64,000 nt of DNA from Guillardia theta CCMP2712 (taxonomy: Eukaryota > Protista > Cryptophyta): assembly GCF_000315625.1 (NCBI RefSeq), contig NW_005434651.1:251051-315050 (forward strand). Direction: 5' to 3'. The notes beneath the pieces were generated by a model that made no database searches, was not told the origin of the DNA, and was given only the letters and a program-made list of their open reading frames with translations. Both the position numbers and the translations under genes were made by a program. Positions 39,801 to 51,572 of this stretch are shown one piece after another. Every line of letters begins with the position of its first letter. Position 1 is the first letter of the stretch.

Positions 39801-39837
39801 GAATGCCGTTGTGCCCTTCGAGAGGGACAGAGCTTAG
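21835..39837 (+). CDS. Giant single-pass cell-surface protein (estimated ~5,700 aa): EGF-like, Ser/Thr mucin repeats, cadherin-like (VNDAP), FN3-like, multiple IPT/TIG, REJ, GPS, Fn3-associated, TM, acidic tail
   Basis: Consecutive + strand ORFs separated by short introns (first 22511-22581 checked in frame; later junctions not all checked). CSGHGRC EGF motifs; PVNDAP/SVNDMP; repeated SPxxGPxxGG IPT starts; LVLDASSSRDPD and QPPYGGAC (REJ); CVYWN...C.CNHLTSF (GPS, 38151-38255); TM MWIVIYTCSAVTLFAVLLAL followed by KRYRR. Start could be 21733. Confidence 0.8.
22080..22511 (+). repeat. 198-bp tandem coding repeat (~2.2 copies, EGF module)
   Basis: Period of 198 nt; near-perfect identity. Confidence 0.92.
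22767..24666 (+). repeat. 240-bp-based coding VNTR encoding a Ser/Thr-rich mucin-like region
   Basis: Four near-identical 240-bp units followed by internally deleted variants. Confidence 0.93.
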
Positions 39838-39854
39838 GTCAAACCCTCGACTAC

Positions 39855-39892
39855 ATTAGATTAGATTAGATCAGATTAGATTAGATTAGATT
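39855..39892. repeat. (TTAGA)n pentamer just downstream of the giant gene's stop
   Basis: Direct. Confidence 0.85.
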
Positions 39893-40184
39893 GGAGTTCA
39901 ATTTAGAGCTGAAGCCAATTTTTACTTTGTACAGTATGAAAGAATTCTCTTATACATGAGGGAGTGACCAGTTTACACAAGGAAAGGAGGGAGGAGAGGA
40001 TAGGGAGAAGAAAAGCAGGGAAGGAGACGGGGGGAAGGGGGAGGGGTGAGGGGGTGGAAGGGAAGGACGGGAGAAAGAGGGATTGCTCTACTCTCCTAAC
40101 TTTCTGCCATTCAATCCTCCTCGAGCTTCACCGCTTGGATCGAAGTTTTCTGCCAGTCTCGTCAGCATCAAGTCATCGGACATC

Positions 40185-42097
40185 TCAAGCTGTTGTGACC
40201 TGAAGCAGGGCTGTTTGCCTCAGCCCCGCAAACTGCACGCGAACTCTCTTGCCGTTCCCGACGACAGCGACGATGAGCCCGACGAGGTTGCGGTAGCGCG
40301 AAGACTTGGAGGTCACTCGAACGAGCATCCCCTCCTTCACCTCTTCCTCCTCCCTAACAGCTCCTCCCTCCTCGCCAGCGGAGGGCTTCGGCGCCTGCTG
40401 CTGGTGCTCTTTTCTCTCTACCCCGTCGGTCACTTCAAGCCCTCGAGTCTCCACACCTTCATCTCCCAACTCCTCTTCCTGAATCTCAAATATTTTCCCC
40501 GTACGCAAGTCCACCTCCTCCACGACCTGGATGAAATTAGTTCCAGGAGGGCGAAGCGAAGAAAGCGTAGTACGAGGAGGAGGAGGAGGAGGAGGAGGAG
40601 GAGGAGGAGGAGGAGGAGGTTGCAAGGGAAAGAGGGGCCAAGATTGGCAAGGATCTGGAGGGGCGTCACCTCAAATCCGTCGCTCCATGTCGTTCGTATT
40701 CCGATAGTCTTCTCATTAGCAAACACAACCCTCATGTCGTAGGAAGTTTCAAGCTCTTGAGCCTCGCCTTCGCGCCCCGCCAGCAAACTTGCCGACAACA
40801 CCACAACATCCGTTGCTTTCACGTCTTCGTGGACCTCAACTGCTCTTGGCACATCAAGTTTCACATCCGCCCCCTTTGATTTCACTGCCTCTCCTGGTTG
40901 CTTCACCTGCTCCTTGGTTGTCTGCAAGCTCATCTCGGGGCTTGCTTCCCCTAGCTTCATCGCCTTGTGCTCCTCCACGAGCTCAGACTCCTTCCCCCTG
41001 CTCTGTTTCAGCCCCTTTTCAGACAGAAGAGGCACCGACAGCTCCATCCCCTTGAAGGCCTTGGCGAAGGGATCAGCCTCCTCCTCCTCCTCCTCTTGGT
41101 CGGGCGTGTCCATCCCGATCTCCCTGCGAAACTCATGCAGGAGCTGAGCTTGCGAACTCTCTCCGTTCAGCCTGCTGAGGTAGTCATCCAGCATCTGATG
41201 CGCGTCCAGCTTCAACCCAGGGAACACGCGGTTGAGCAGATAGCCCTTGGTCCTCGTCAGCGGGTCATCCCCGGGTATCCACACGCTCCCCTGGTCGTAC
41301 TTGAGCTCGAACATGCCCGTCTCGAGCCGGTTGCCCTCCTCGCCCTCCTCGGCGATGTCGCCATCTGCCTCCAGCATGGCGCGAGCTGCATCGTCTGACC
41401 CCGAAGGCGGCATCTCGTCCTTCACTCTTACATCCTCAAACTCCTCAACTTGTTGCCCGTTCATGGGCTTCCACTCCTGGACCTCAGGGCGGTTGTCCTG
41501 ATCGCGAGTTTCCGGCACATCATGCATGGCCTTGTCCTCGCTCTCATCCTCTTCTGTCCAGCGGAAGTTCTCCACCGCGTTCGCCTCCGAGAGCCACTTG
41601 AACTCCTTCGACATCGACTTTGCCATGCGGTCCCCGAGTGATTCTGGACGGGTCAACGAGGACGGAGCGGCTGCATCCTGATTGAAGGAATACGCTGCTT
41701 GATTGTCCCTCCTCTTTGCTATGATTCCTGCAAGAGCCTCCCTTGCTCGCTCCAACTCGTTCATCCCTCCATCCCGCCGCTGGCTGCCAGACGCTGAAAG
41801 TGACCGCACGCCCTCTTGGCAGGATCTCATCCTGGAGCGAGGGGCCATGCTGGGAGAGCAAGACTTGGGAATGCCACGAACCTTAAGCCCTGTCATGAAG
41901 CAGAGAAGAGGATGACTTTCAACTTCTGCTGCCTCTGCACCTTCTTTCGGCCCTTGAATTTCGCACCTCAAACGCCACCCGCTGCACGGACTATGTTGGC
42001 ACATCCCTGACACTAGACAAGGAGACTGTTCAGCGTGGAAGGGGAAGAGGAGGAGGAGGAGGAGGAGGGTGTGAATAGAGGCTGTTGTATGCTGCAT
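40185..42097 (-). CDS. Signal-peptide protein with acidic linker and C-terminal KOW-like motif (possibly plastid-targeted)
   Basis: MQHTTASIHTLLLLLLLFPFHA signal then an S/R-rich segment; long ORF; last exon VKEGMLVRVTSKSSRYRNLVGLIVAVVGNGKRVRVQF; 3' end uncertain. Confidence 0.55.
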
Positions 42098-42662
42098 GCG
42101 TTGCCTTCCTCGTCCTCCTCGTCCTCCTTCCCGTCCTTGCCTGCCTGCCATTGTCGCAATACCGTCCCAAAAATCGCCAACCCTCCTCCTATAAATTTCA
42201 ATATTCTGCTTCAGATGTCAATATATTTCCTATAAATATTACACGATTATCCTTCATTTATTGTCCACACGCTGTAAATTTCTACGAAGCACGCTCTCGT
42301 GCTGCAGTAGAATATTGCAGATCTATTGAAGAAACCACCCCCACCTACTCAAATCCTTAATTGTACCCCAACCCGCCCGCAGCCCCATTTCGAAGCTCCT
42401 CTGAGATACATCCACCAACCACCTCTAGCAGTACCCACCTTTGTCCAATCACTACCCCATATTTTTATATCCAGTAAGACCATCAAGCACGGGTGATTGA
42501 CTACCCCCACCTATGATAGCCTCTAAAGAAATATGTATCATTGGTTATGAGCCACTTCAGCACTTTTAAAAAAAGATCCTCAGGAACTTTTACACGAAAA
42601 AAAAAGGAGGGAGCACGATCACCTCTCTTAGAGCCGAGCTGTTTGAGGAAACATGGATGGAT

Positions 42663-42781
42663 GGAGGAGGAGGAGGAGGAGGAGGAGGAGGAGGAGGAGG
42701 AGGAGGAGGAGGAGGTTGATGATTTTGATGATGATTTTGATGATGATTTTGATGATGATTTTGAGATGTTGATGTTGATGT

Positions 42782-42856
<75 letters not shown>

Positions 42857-42875
42857 TGATGATGACGATGACGAT
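42663..42875. repeat. Compound microsatellite (GAG)n-(GATGATTTTGAT)n-(GAT)n-(GAC)n
   Basis: Direct. Confidence 0.93.
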
Positions 42876-43283
42876 GAGGAGCAGGAGGAGGTGGTGGTGG
42901 AGGAGGATGTGGTGGAATAAGGTAGAGGGGATAAGGATAAGGTAGGGTTAGGGTAACAGAGGAGAATTCGAGAGAGGAAAACAAGGGAGAAAGAAGGATT
43001 CTTGATGACGAATGACGGGGAGGCAAGAGAAGAATAGGAGAGGAAGATTGTAGAGAATAAGGAGGACGAGGAGGACGAGGCTAGATAATGCCAGGAGTTG
43101 GTGGAGTGTTTTGGTGGAGCAGAGAGCAGGAAACGAGATAAGACATGAGTTGGTGGGAATAGAACAAGCGCATGCATCTGAATCATGCAGATGGTAACCA
43201 AACCATTTTTGAACGGAAAAAAATCGACAAATTTAAGTGTTCGCTCCTAGGCTGACTGCCCTCATTCTCCAGCCACAAGTAGG

Positions 43284-44654
43284 ATGCGATCATCTTCCAT
43301 CTATCTGCTCGCAGCCGCGTGTTCCCTTCTCCTGCAGTCCTGCGCGGCCCAGTGCAGTGAGGAGGAGGCCAGCTGCAAGACAGGGTCGAGGTACATCCTC
43401 AAAGATGGCAAGAAAGCTCTCGAGCTCGTGCAGGTGAGGGCGGCATGGAGGCGTCGAGCTGCTGACCCGCCTGTAGGTCATCGTGGTGCACCGACACGGG
43501 GATCGAACTCCCATCACCAAGAGCGCGGGCTCGTTTGTGCAGACAGAGGAGCTGAAGAGCATCTGGTCGTCGAAGATCAACGGGCATGAGTCCGTTCGTC
43601 GTTGGGGAGTGAGCAATCGGGACGACACAGGGACATACATCACGCACAACATCTCCTCCTCCTCCTCCTGGCCCTTCGGTCAGCTCACCAAGCGAGGGGC
43701 CGCTCAGATGAGGAGAGTTGGGGCTGAGCTGAGGGAGAGGTACGTGGGAGACTTGAACTTCCTGCCTGTGGACTTGCCGGCTGATCACTCCGAGGAGAAG
43801 TTCTTCATATACGTGCGATCCACCCGATATCCGCGAACTGTCCAGAGCGTGCAGAACTTGCTGCTAGGGTTGTACCCCGAGGACACGCGGCTCGAGGAGT
43901 CAGGAGCAGCTGGAGTGATCACCATCGAGAGCCAGGAGAAAGCGTTGGACCACATGACGGGGCTGAGCGACAAGCGATGCCCGCGAGTCAGGTCGCTGCT
44001 GTCGCAGATCGACACGACAGTCAAGCCACAAGAGAGTCACGTGAGGCTGCTCGACGAGCTCGCGGTGAGGATCAACCACACAGACAGTCAGCAGGACAAG
44101 ATGGTCATCGACGTCTGGATCCACCTCGCGGACGTGTGCCACTGCCATCGCTCGCACGGCATGGACGTTCCCTTCGGACTGACGCCCAACGAGATCGACT
44201 CGCTCATGGACTACAACACGTGGATGTGGAGCACGAGAATGAACACGCCTGAGCTCAGCAAGCTCGCCATCGGCGGCTTCCTCCAGGACATCCTGCGAGA
44301 ACTCAAGGCGACAGTGGCAGGAACCCCCCGGGCGAAACTGCTGGTGTTCTCCGGCCACGACTCCACGCTCTTCCCGCTGCTCAAGGCCCTCGACGCCTTC
44401 GACGAGAAGTGAGAGGGTGACGCGGAGGAGCGGGTGTTGATCTCTTGTGCAGGTGGCCCCCGTACGCCTCAAGAGTCCAGCTGGAGCTGCTCCGGGAGGT
44501 GGAGACAGGGACCTTCTATGTTCGCCTCCTCTACAACAACCAGCTCAGACATATGCTCGGCTCCTCCGACGAGTTTCTGCCCATCGAGCTGTTCTTCTCG
44601 AAGCTTGCGGGCATGGAGTCAGCTAACATTCACGAGGAGTGTCACAGGCAGTGA
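43284..44654 (+). CDS. Secreted/lysosomal histidine acid phosphatase (branch 2, ACP6-like), 3 exons
   Basis: Signal peptide; RHGDRTP, GQLTKRG, VRST..RT..S, SGHDST, WPPYAS motifs. Confidence 0.92.
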
Positions 44655-44781
44655 CATCATCTTCTTGCGATATCTTTATCTCTCAGAGAGGTTTATGCTG
44701 AAGTTATAGAGTGGTGGTGCCAGAAAGCCGTTGCCGCTACCTGTCATCAGAGTGTTGTCATGTTCGCCTTTCCCGCAGCTC

Positions 44782-45680
44782 CTAGGCGCAGCCTCCGCAT
44801 GACTTCTTCTTCCCCGCAGACGAAGACTCCTCCTGCTTGGACACCTGCTCCCCTCGCCGTCAGCTCTACACCAGCGAGGGAGTGTGAACTTGCCTGAACA
44901 GTTCCCGTCGACTTGTTGGGTCCTGGATGCTCCCCAAGTCTCTTCTTGATGTCTCTGGTGAGAGCAAAGAAAGCCTCGTCAACCATGCTCTTGTCCTTGG
45001 CCGAGGTCTCGTAGAAGGCCATGTTCAGTTGCTCTGCCGCCAGCCGTCAGCGCTGACGAGTGAGTGCAAGAAGAAACACGCTCACCAGCAAGCTTCCTTC
45101 CCTCCTCGGTGCTGACTTTTCGCTGCGCTCCAAGATCTGTCTTGTTTCCTACGAGTCGTCAGTGAGCTCGGGAGATCCCAGCGTCGCAAGCTCACCGATA
45201 AGGATCTTGTTGACGGGTTGGGAGGTATGCTTCTCGATGTTCTTAAGCCATTCCTCGATGTTCTTGAAGGATTGCTCGTTCGTGATGTCATACACCAGAA
45301 GAATACCCATGGCATTTCGATAGTGAGCAGTAGTGATGGTTTTGAAGCGTTCCTGTCCTGCTGTGTCGAGAAGTTGGAGCTTAATCTTCTTCCCATCGAG
45401 CTCAATCGTGCGAAGCTTGAAGTCAATTCCGATCGTAGGGGTACAATTCATGTCTGCGGTTCCAGCAGGCAGTCAGGATCTCAGACGTCGAGGACAAACA
45501 AGACAAGTCACCAAACGAGTCGTCTGAGAAGCGCAGAAGGAGGGACGACTTGCCAACCCCTTCACATCCCATCACGTCGAGGGCGCAGCAAGACAAGAGT
45601 GACATACCGCTATCACCGATCAACATCAGCTTGATGAGATAATCATACGATCCCATGCTCTTTCCTCCAGCTCCAGCCAT
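44782..45680 (-). CDS. Rab8/RabE(Sec4)-like small GTPase, multi-exon
   Basis: [61 protein letters not shown]; C-terminus KKKSCGGCA. Confidence 0.9.
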
Positions 45681-47777
45681 TTGAGCTAGGATATCTAGCG
45701 TTCGCGTCAGCACGGTTGACGAGCTCGCACACGCTGGACCTGTTCGTGAAGCTAAGGCTGAGTTCTGTTCTTGTTCCTGGTGCGAGCGTCTGGTCTGTGA
45801 CACAAGTCATCTTCATTGAAAAAACAACCTTCCCAGACACGATTGTTGACCGCTGACTACATGCAACCGTTGAAAAACTACCCAACCACAGCTTGCCACT
45901 ACTATCGTAGTATCTTGCACTGCAACACTATACTGCCCAAGACCAATCTATGATGACATTCCTACTCTTGACCTCATATCAATCAGCACTACAATCTACC
46001 CTCAATTCCGAGTAAACAATGCAGGCAAGTGTAGCAAGCCTCAATCTTTCGGTAATTTCCGACAAAAATAGTGAAATCCGATATCTCTCGCTCGGCAGAT
46101 GCCATCCATAAACATCTGAAAGACATCATGCACATGTTGTCTTGTTATCGATCAATCACATCAGGCGCGATAGTCTTGCATGTCATTTCTAGTGCAAAAT
46201 CCCATCCAAAATCTTCGAGAACGGGAATATACTCATTGCTTTCCAGGTAATTCAACGGACAGTTATCTCCCCACCTCCATATTCGCTCTAACATGCATCT
46301 TCACACGATGCTGATTGATTTCAACTCATCGAGCAACCAACATCCCTTGAAATCACCTCAAGCTTCACTGTGTGTCTCAGAAACAATTTCTTGTTCCTGG
46401 CGCTCTCGTTCCCTGAGTTTGTTCATCACACCTTCCCCCCTTGGCTTGTTCACTTTCTTTTCTCTTCTCGTCATCTTCCTACCTTCCAGCATGAAACTGA
46501 TCATCTCCCCCCTCTTCCTCTCTCCCTCCTCTATTTCTTCTTCCTGCTCGTTCACAGCTCCCCATCTCCCCGGCTCCATAGCCGCCTTGCCTAGACCCTA
46601 CTCACCCCTACCCCTCTACCCACTTCTCTACACCTACCCCACCGAGCCGTCATACCCCCACCCAGTGAGCTTGTCCATTACCACCCTACCACCAACGATC
46701 CTCAACCCCTTTGCAAGGAACATCCAGGAAACCATTTCAAATTGTTGAGAGCTTTTCAACTTTGACCCCCAACCACTCTAAAATACACCCTTTACTCCTC
46801 ATACCCTTATGTTGAATTCGATGTTTTGACCCTCCAAATTTGGACTACCCACCCCGACAGTAAGATTAATTCATCCTACCCTATGAAATCACCAATGAAA
46901 CTACCCCACCCCTCTTCTTTCTGCTTAACCCCACCAATGTCTTCACGACACCCACCCACCCATGCTGCCTCATCTCCATCATTCCCCTTACCCCCTTCTC
47001 CTCCCCTCAAAACCGGCTGGGTCAAAGGTACCCACCCCACAACATCAAATACCCCCTTGTATCCCCTGGAGCCATAATATTTAGAACCGGTAGTATGACT
47101 ACCCCTACTTGGGAACTGAAGGCAGTCCATCAGTTCTCCTCTCCTCTACGTCTCCTCTCGTGCCAACCAGGGGGTAGGGGATATAACCCCTACCAGTGAC
47201 TACCCGTAAATTCTATATATCACCGGTTTGAAACACCTAAAAAATACCCTCTAGAGGTCAACGGGGTCAGAACCCCCACTGTCAGTTTTTCCATGAACAG
47301 GCAGCAAGGGGGTGGACAGTACCCCCTTATGATCGAACAACCCAGGGGTAGCTCATCGGTCTAGGACCCGGGTACTTTCCCTAGAAGGCTTCTAACGAAG
47401 GCAGACGCACACGGGTGGGTCCTGATACGAATCGATCTAGCGAAACCGCATACCGTCCATCGGACTCAGTACTGGGCAGTAGTGACTGAGGCCTCGGAGC
47501 GTGACGGCCCGGCCAAGCCGCCCGGGCCGCCGGTCAGTGGACCGCACTGGGTGGCCCGTGGGCCCGGCCGGGCTGTCACCGTACCCGCGGCGACTGACCG
47601 TCCGATCAGCGCGGCCCGGCCCCGCCCGGCCGTCCTTACCGTCACAGTGACACAGCCTGGCAACACTCAGACTAGTGGGCCTGTAGTAGAACGGTCAGAG
47701 AGTTTATTTAAGTTAGGTCGGTTAAATCTGTTTGGTGTCTATCGACGTGAGCACCTGCCAACGTGTCAAGACTGCAG

Positions 47778-49369
47778 TCAAACTAGGCTCGAGGAGATTG
47801 AAACCTGCACAGTCTCAAGTATGCTGCCATCCAAGCTCACATCCCGCGCGTGGGCTCTGTTGGCGAACGGCCCATGGTGCATGTTCATCTCGATCTGGTT
47901 TCTGTGCTTGTGCTCTCCTCGTCCTTGCAAGATGTAGGAGCCGAATGCCAGGAGCAGGATCGATGAGATCCTGCCGGCCAGCCCGACGATGGTGTCTGGA
48001 AGCGGCTCGGAGAGCGCAAGGATGCCAAAGATCACTGGAGGGGAGCAACACGGGTGAGGGAACAGTCATCAGTGTACGACGAGGCGGAAGAGCAAGACAA
48101 ACCTGCGACCAGCAACGCAATCAAGTTGCTGTATGTGACAACTGCCAGCGCTCTGCCATCCTTCAGGCCCCTCGTTTGAGCCACAAAACCCTGTGAGGTC
48201 GTCACCCGAACAACAGGAAGGAAGGAGACTTACCGTCGACGTCAACAGAATGCTGAGGAAGATACCAAATGGAGCTGCAAAAGTTGAGCCGTTCTCCAGC
48301 GCGATCTTCATCCCCGTCCTGCAGAAGCACTGGCTGTCAAACTTCCCACGGGCAGCACGACACCACGAGGGATTCACCTGGTAGAGCATGCCGAAGTACC
48401 GAAGCACACGCCAGCACAGATCGAAGACGAGATGTCTTGAGGTATGAGCCTCTTTCTATGCAGGAGCTCACTGAACGCAGCCACGGAGAAGAAGAAGAGG
48501 AGGAGCAGGAAGGCGATGGAGAAATAAAACTCCTCCGGCCCGTCTCTCTCCACCGAGGTCCAACTGATCCCAAGGGTCCCCACGATGCAGATCACACAAC
48601 CGACCCAGTCCATGAACTGCATCCGGTCGGATGTCAAGTAGTGAGAAAATATGGCAACAAACGCCAGGCCGCTGCCCAGCACCGGCTGAACCACCGAGAC
48701 ATGCGCGAGGGAGAGGGCAACAAGGGTCATCAGGGCCCCACTAACATCCAAGATGAATCCTGTCAGCCACCAAGGGTTCGCGAGGTAACTTCGCACTACG
48801 TTCCCCTTCATCTGCAGCAGAGGCAGATCCTCCGTGCCTCGTTTTTGACACACCTTCCCGAGGTTCACCGACAGAGACGCAAGCAAGGCCACCAAGAACC
48901 CCAACCGCACTGAGCTGTCTGACTGCACTGGCTCCTCCCGCCCCACGTGCGATGAGTTGCTCCGGGGGCTTCCCTGGGCTGCCTCCAGCCTATCGTTGTC
49001 GACAGCAACACTCCCTGCATGAAGAGTTCGTTTGAAAGCTCGCTCCTCTGCAACTATTCTACCTCCCATGTCATCATCTAGACTGTGTCGGTCATGCGCA
49101 TTCTTGGACGAATGGTCACTTTCACGCTTGTGGTTGATGATGACGGAAGAGAGCAGTGGATTGGATTCAACAGGATGAGCCAGCATCGTCCGGGACGGGT
49201 GAGAGTTCGGCTCATGTCGACCTCCCTGATGAGAAAGAGCAAGCCTCCTCGGGCTTAGTGGGGGTTGAAAGATCTGTGCTGCCGCAGGCGCCCACAACAG
49301 GAGAGTTGACAACAAGAAAACGATCTGAATCGCATCGCTTCGCCTCAAACGCTTTGAAGAAACAGCCAT
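47778..49369 (-). CDS. NIPA/DMT-family (magnesium transporter-like) membrane protein with N-terminal extension
   Basis: NLGKVCQKRG, NPWWLTG, ALSLAHVSVVQP, FSHYL, multiple TM segments; 3' end approximate. Confidence 0.75.
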
Positions 49370-49694
49370 GGCTCGTTGAGACACGATCAATGCTCTATCT
49401 ATGCCGTGCAGCAGACCTTACCGCGTCTCACTCTGCCCCTGCAATCCCAGTCCATTCCCGCTAATTTCTGGCAGTGCTTTCCGTTCGCAGCAGCAGACTC
49501 AGCCACATTTCCTCCCTCCATCTCGATCGACCCTGTTTCAACGTCTTCTTTCCCAGTTTCCCTTCCCTCGCCTGTTTCCCTCTGCCTGCCAATGCCTGTG
49601 GTGCTACTGCTTGCTGTTGCCTTGCTCCTGCCCCTGCTCCTGCTCTCACTCTTGCTCCTGCTCTTTAGCAGGAACAGCAATCCTGCTCCCCCCA

Positions 49695-49723
49695 CACCCT
49701 CATCTTCCTCTTCCTCTTCTCTT

Positions 49724-49779
<56 letters not shown>

Positions 49780-49812
49780 TCTCTTCTCTTCTCTTCTCTC
49801 CCTGTCTTCCTC
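49695..49812. repeat. (CT)n/(CTCTT)n tract upstream of the NIPA-like gene
   Basis: Direct. Confidence 0.9.
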
Positions 49813-51572
49813 TCCCTATTCCACCTGCCCAATTGCGTCAACTCAGTCACAGTACCCACCCATTCCTATGAATTGTCACTCAGATGTACCCCTCCTTCTA
49901 GCCAAAAATCATCCACTCGAGTCCGAACCACTGACCGGTGAAATCGGGCCCGGCTCGTTTTACCGGCCGGGCCGCGGAGTTAAGTGACTAATAAGTCACT
50001 GTCAACTGGCAAGGCCGTTTAGCGGCACCGTGCACCGGGCCCGGCCCTTCGGCGGCGCAACGGCGTTGAGCGCACTGAGCCCGGACTCCCGGGGCCCGGG
50101 CCCCGGCGGCGCCGGCGGCGAGGGCCGCCCATCATACTATGATAATGCATGCCATCCGGGACTCTGTGACGCATATGCTCAGCGGCACGTCCCGCCAAAG
50201 CCCTTGACTGAGGCCTCAGTTCGAGTCGGACGGTCTTCCGCCATCGGACTCGAGTCGCTCAGCTCGCGGCGAACTTGGCAACTCAGCAGTGGCGCGGCCT
50301 GAGTCACCGTCTCAGTTCAACGGCCGCTTCTACAATGCGGCGGCCCAGTGCACGCAGTGCAACTTGGGGAACTTCCCCATGACACAGTGACTGACGCCGG
50401 CAGCACGGGCCGGCCCGGATGGCCCCGGCGGCGAGTCTCGGCCTCGCACTGCGGCAAGACGCCGGTCACCGATCGCCTCAGGTGATCCGACTTGCAAACG
50501 CAGCCTGCGCACTGTGCCATCGGCGGTCCAGGTGACCGTCTTCAAGCCTGTTCGCTGGGCTATGACATGGCATCGCGGGTCACTGTACGGTCCGTCACGG
50601 CGTGCATTTCGAAGTTCCCGGTCCGGTACCGTACTCAGTGTATGCGTCTCATTCCTTTGGCGGCGGTCGCCACAGCGACATCCGCGGCGGCGCCGATCCG
50701 ACGGCGCGCCGCGGCTGGCATGGCGCGGGGGAATGAGTCCCGGTGCGCGCAGTTAAGTGAAGGTATCAGTTACAATCAGTCACTACAGCCCATCAAGTTA
50801 AAAAGAACACTACATTTGAAGGTTTCCTCTATCCGGGCCGAACCATTATTGCTTCGGGAACCGAGCCGGAGGGCCTCAGAGCGACCTCGTATGACTCTTC
50901 AAACCCACCCCACCCCTTGACTGACGGCTGACGGCTCTCAGGAGGCTGACGGAAACCAGTGAGGGATCGCCTTGAAAGGAGGGGTACTCGCGGCCCTTTT
51001 GGGGGTCGCACCCGGGTGGTCCGTCGCTTCTCGCACACCGTACGTGTCGGGGTCTTTCAGATGGGGAGTAGATGTAAGGGGGGTGGGGTGGTAGTATGGT
51101 GCGACAGCCTGTACCCTGTCACGTATTACCACCACCCCTTCACGGAATTGGGGATCACCACCGGTGGTACTGCACCTCCTGGGAACTGATGAAAGGGGGC
51201 GGATCTGTCGGGGCGCTGACGCGAATACGAGGCGAGGAGATCGTCGAGGGACGGGGGGGAGACGAAGTGGCGAAGACAAGGAGAGGGAGAGGGGGAGCTG
51301 AGGACAGGATAGAGAAAGGAAGGAAGAGGAAAGAGCACGAGATGAAAGCCAGGTAACACACATCATGTGGACAAAGATGAGGAAGAGAAAGCAGGGAGTT
51401 GGGACAAATGCTTGCGGGAGAAATACAAAGCATGTACAGCACAGGTATGAAGAGTACTGCAGATGAAACGAAGAACAAACGTCAAATCAAGGATCATACA
51501 ACACCTTCCAAGTGCAGGAGACAAATACAGCAGCAGATTACAAGGAAGGCTCCACCCAATCCAAATAACCCC

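Noticed and set aside
39855-39892. Telomeric repeat (also TAGGGTTAGGGT near 42943)
   Set aside because: TTAGA pentamer or only two hexamers; internal and too short
42541-43201. Poly-E/D/M/T/S/H ORFs
   Set aside because: Open frames are a by-product of compound microsatellites
45800-46600. Possible small minus-strand gene upstream of the Rab
   Set aside because: Some protein-like stretches, but I could not build a consistent exon chain
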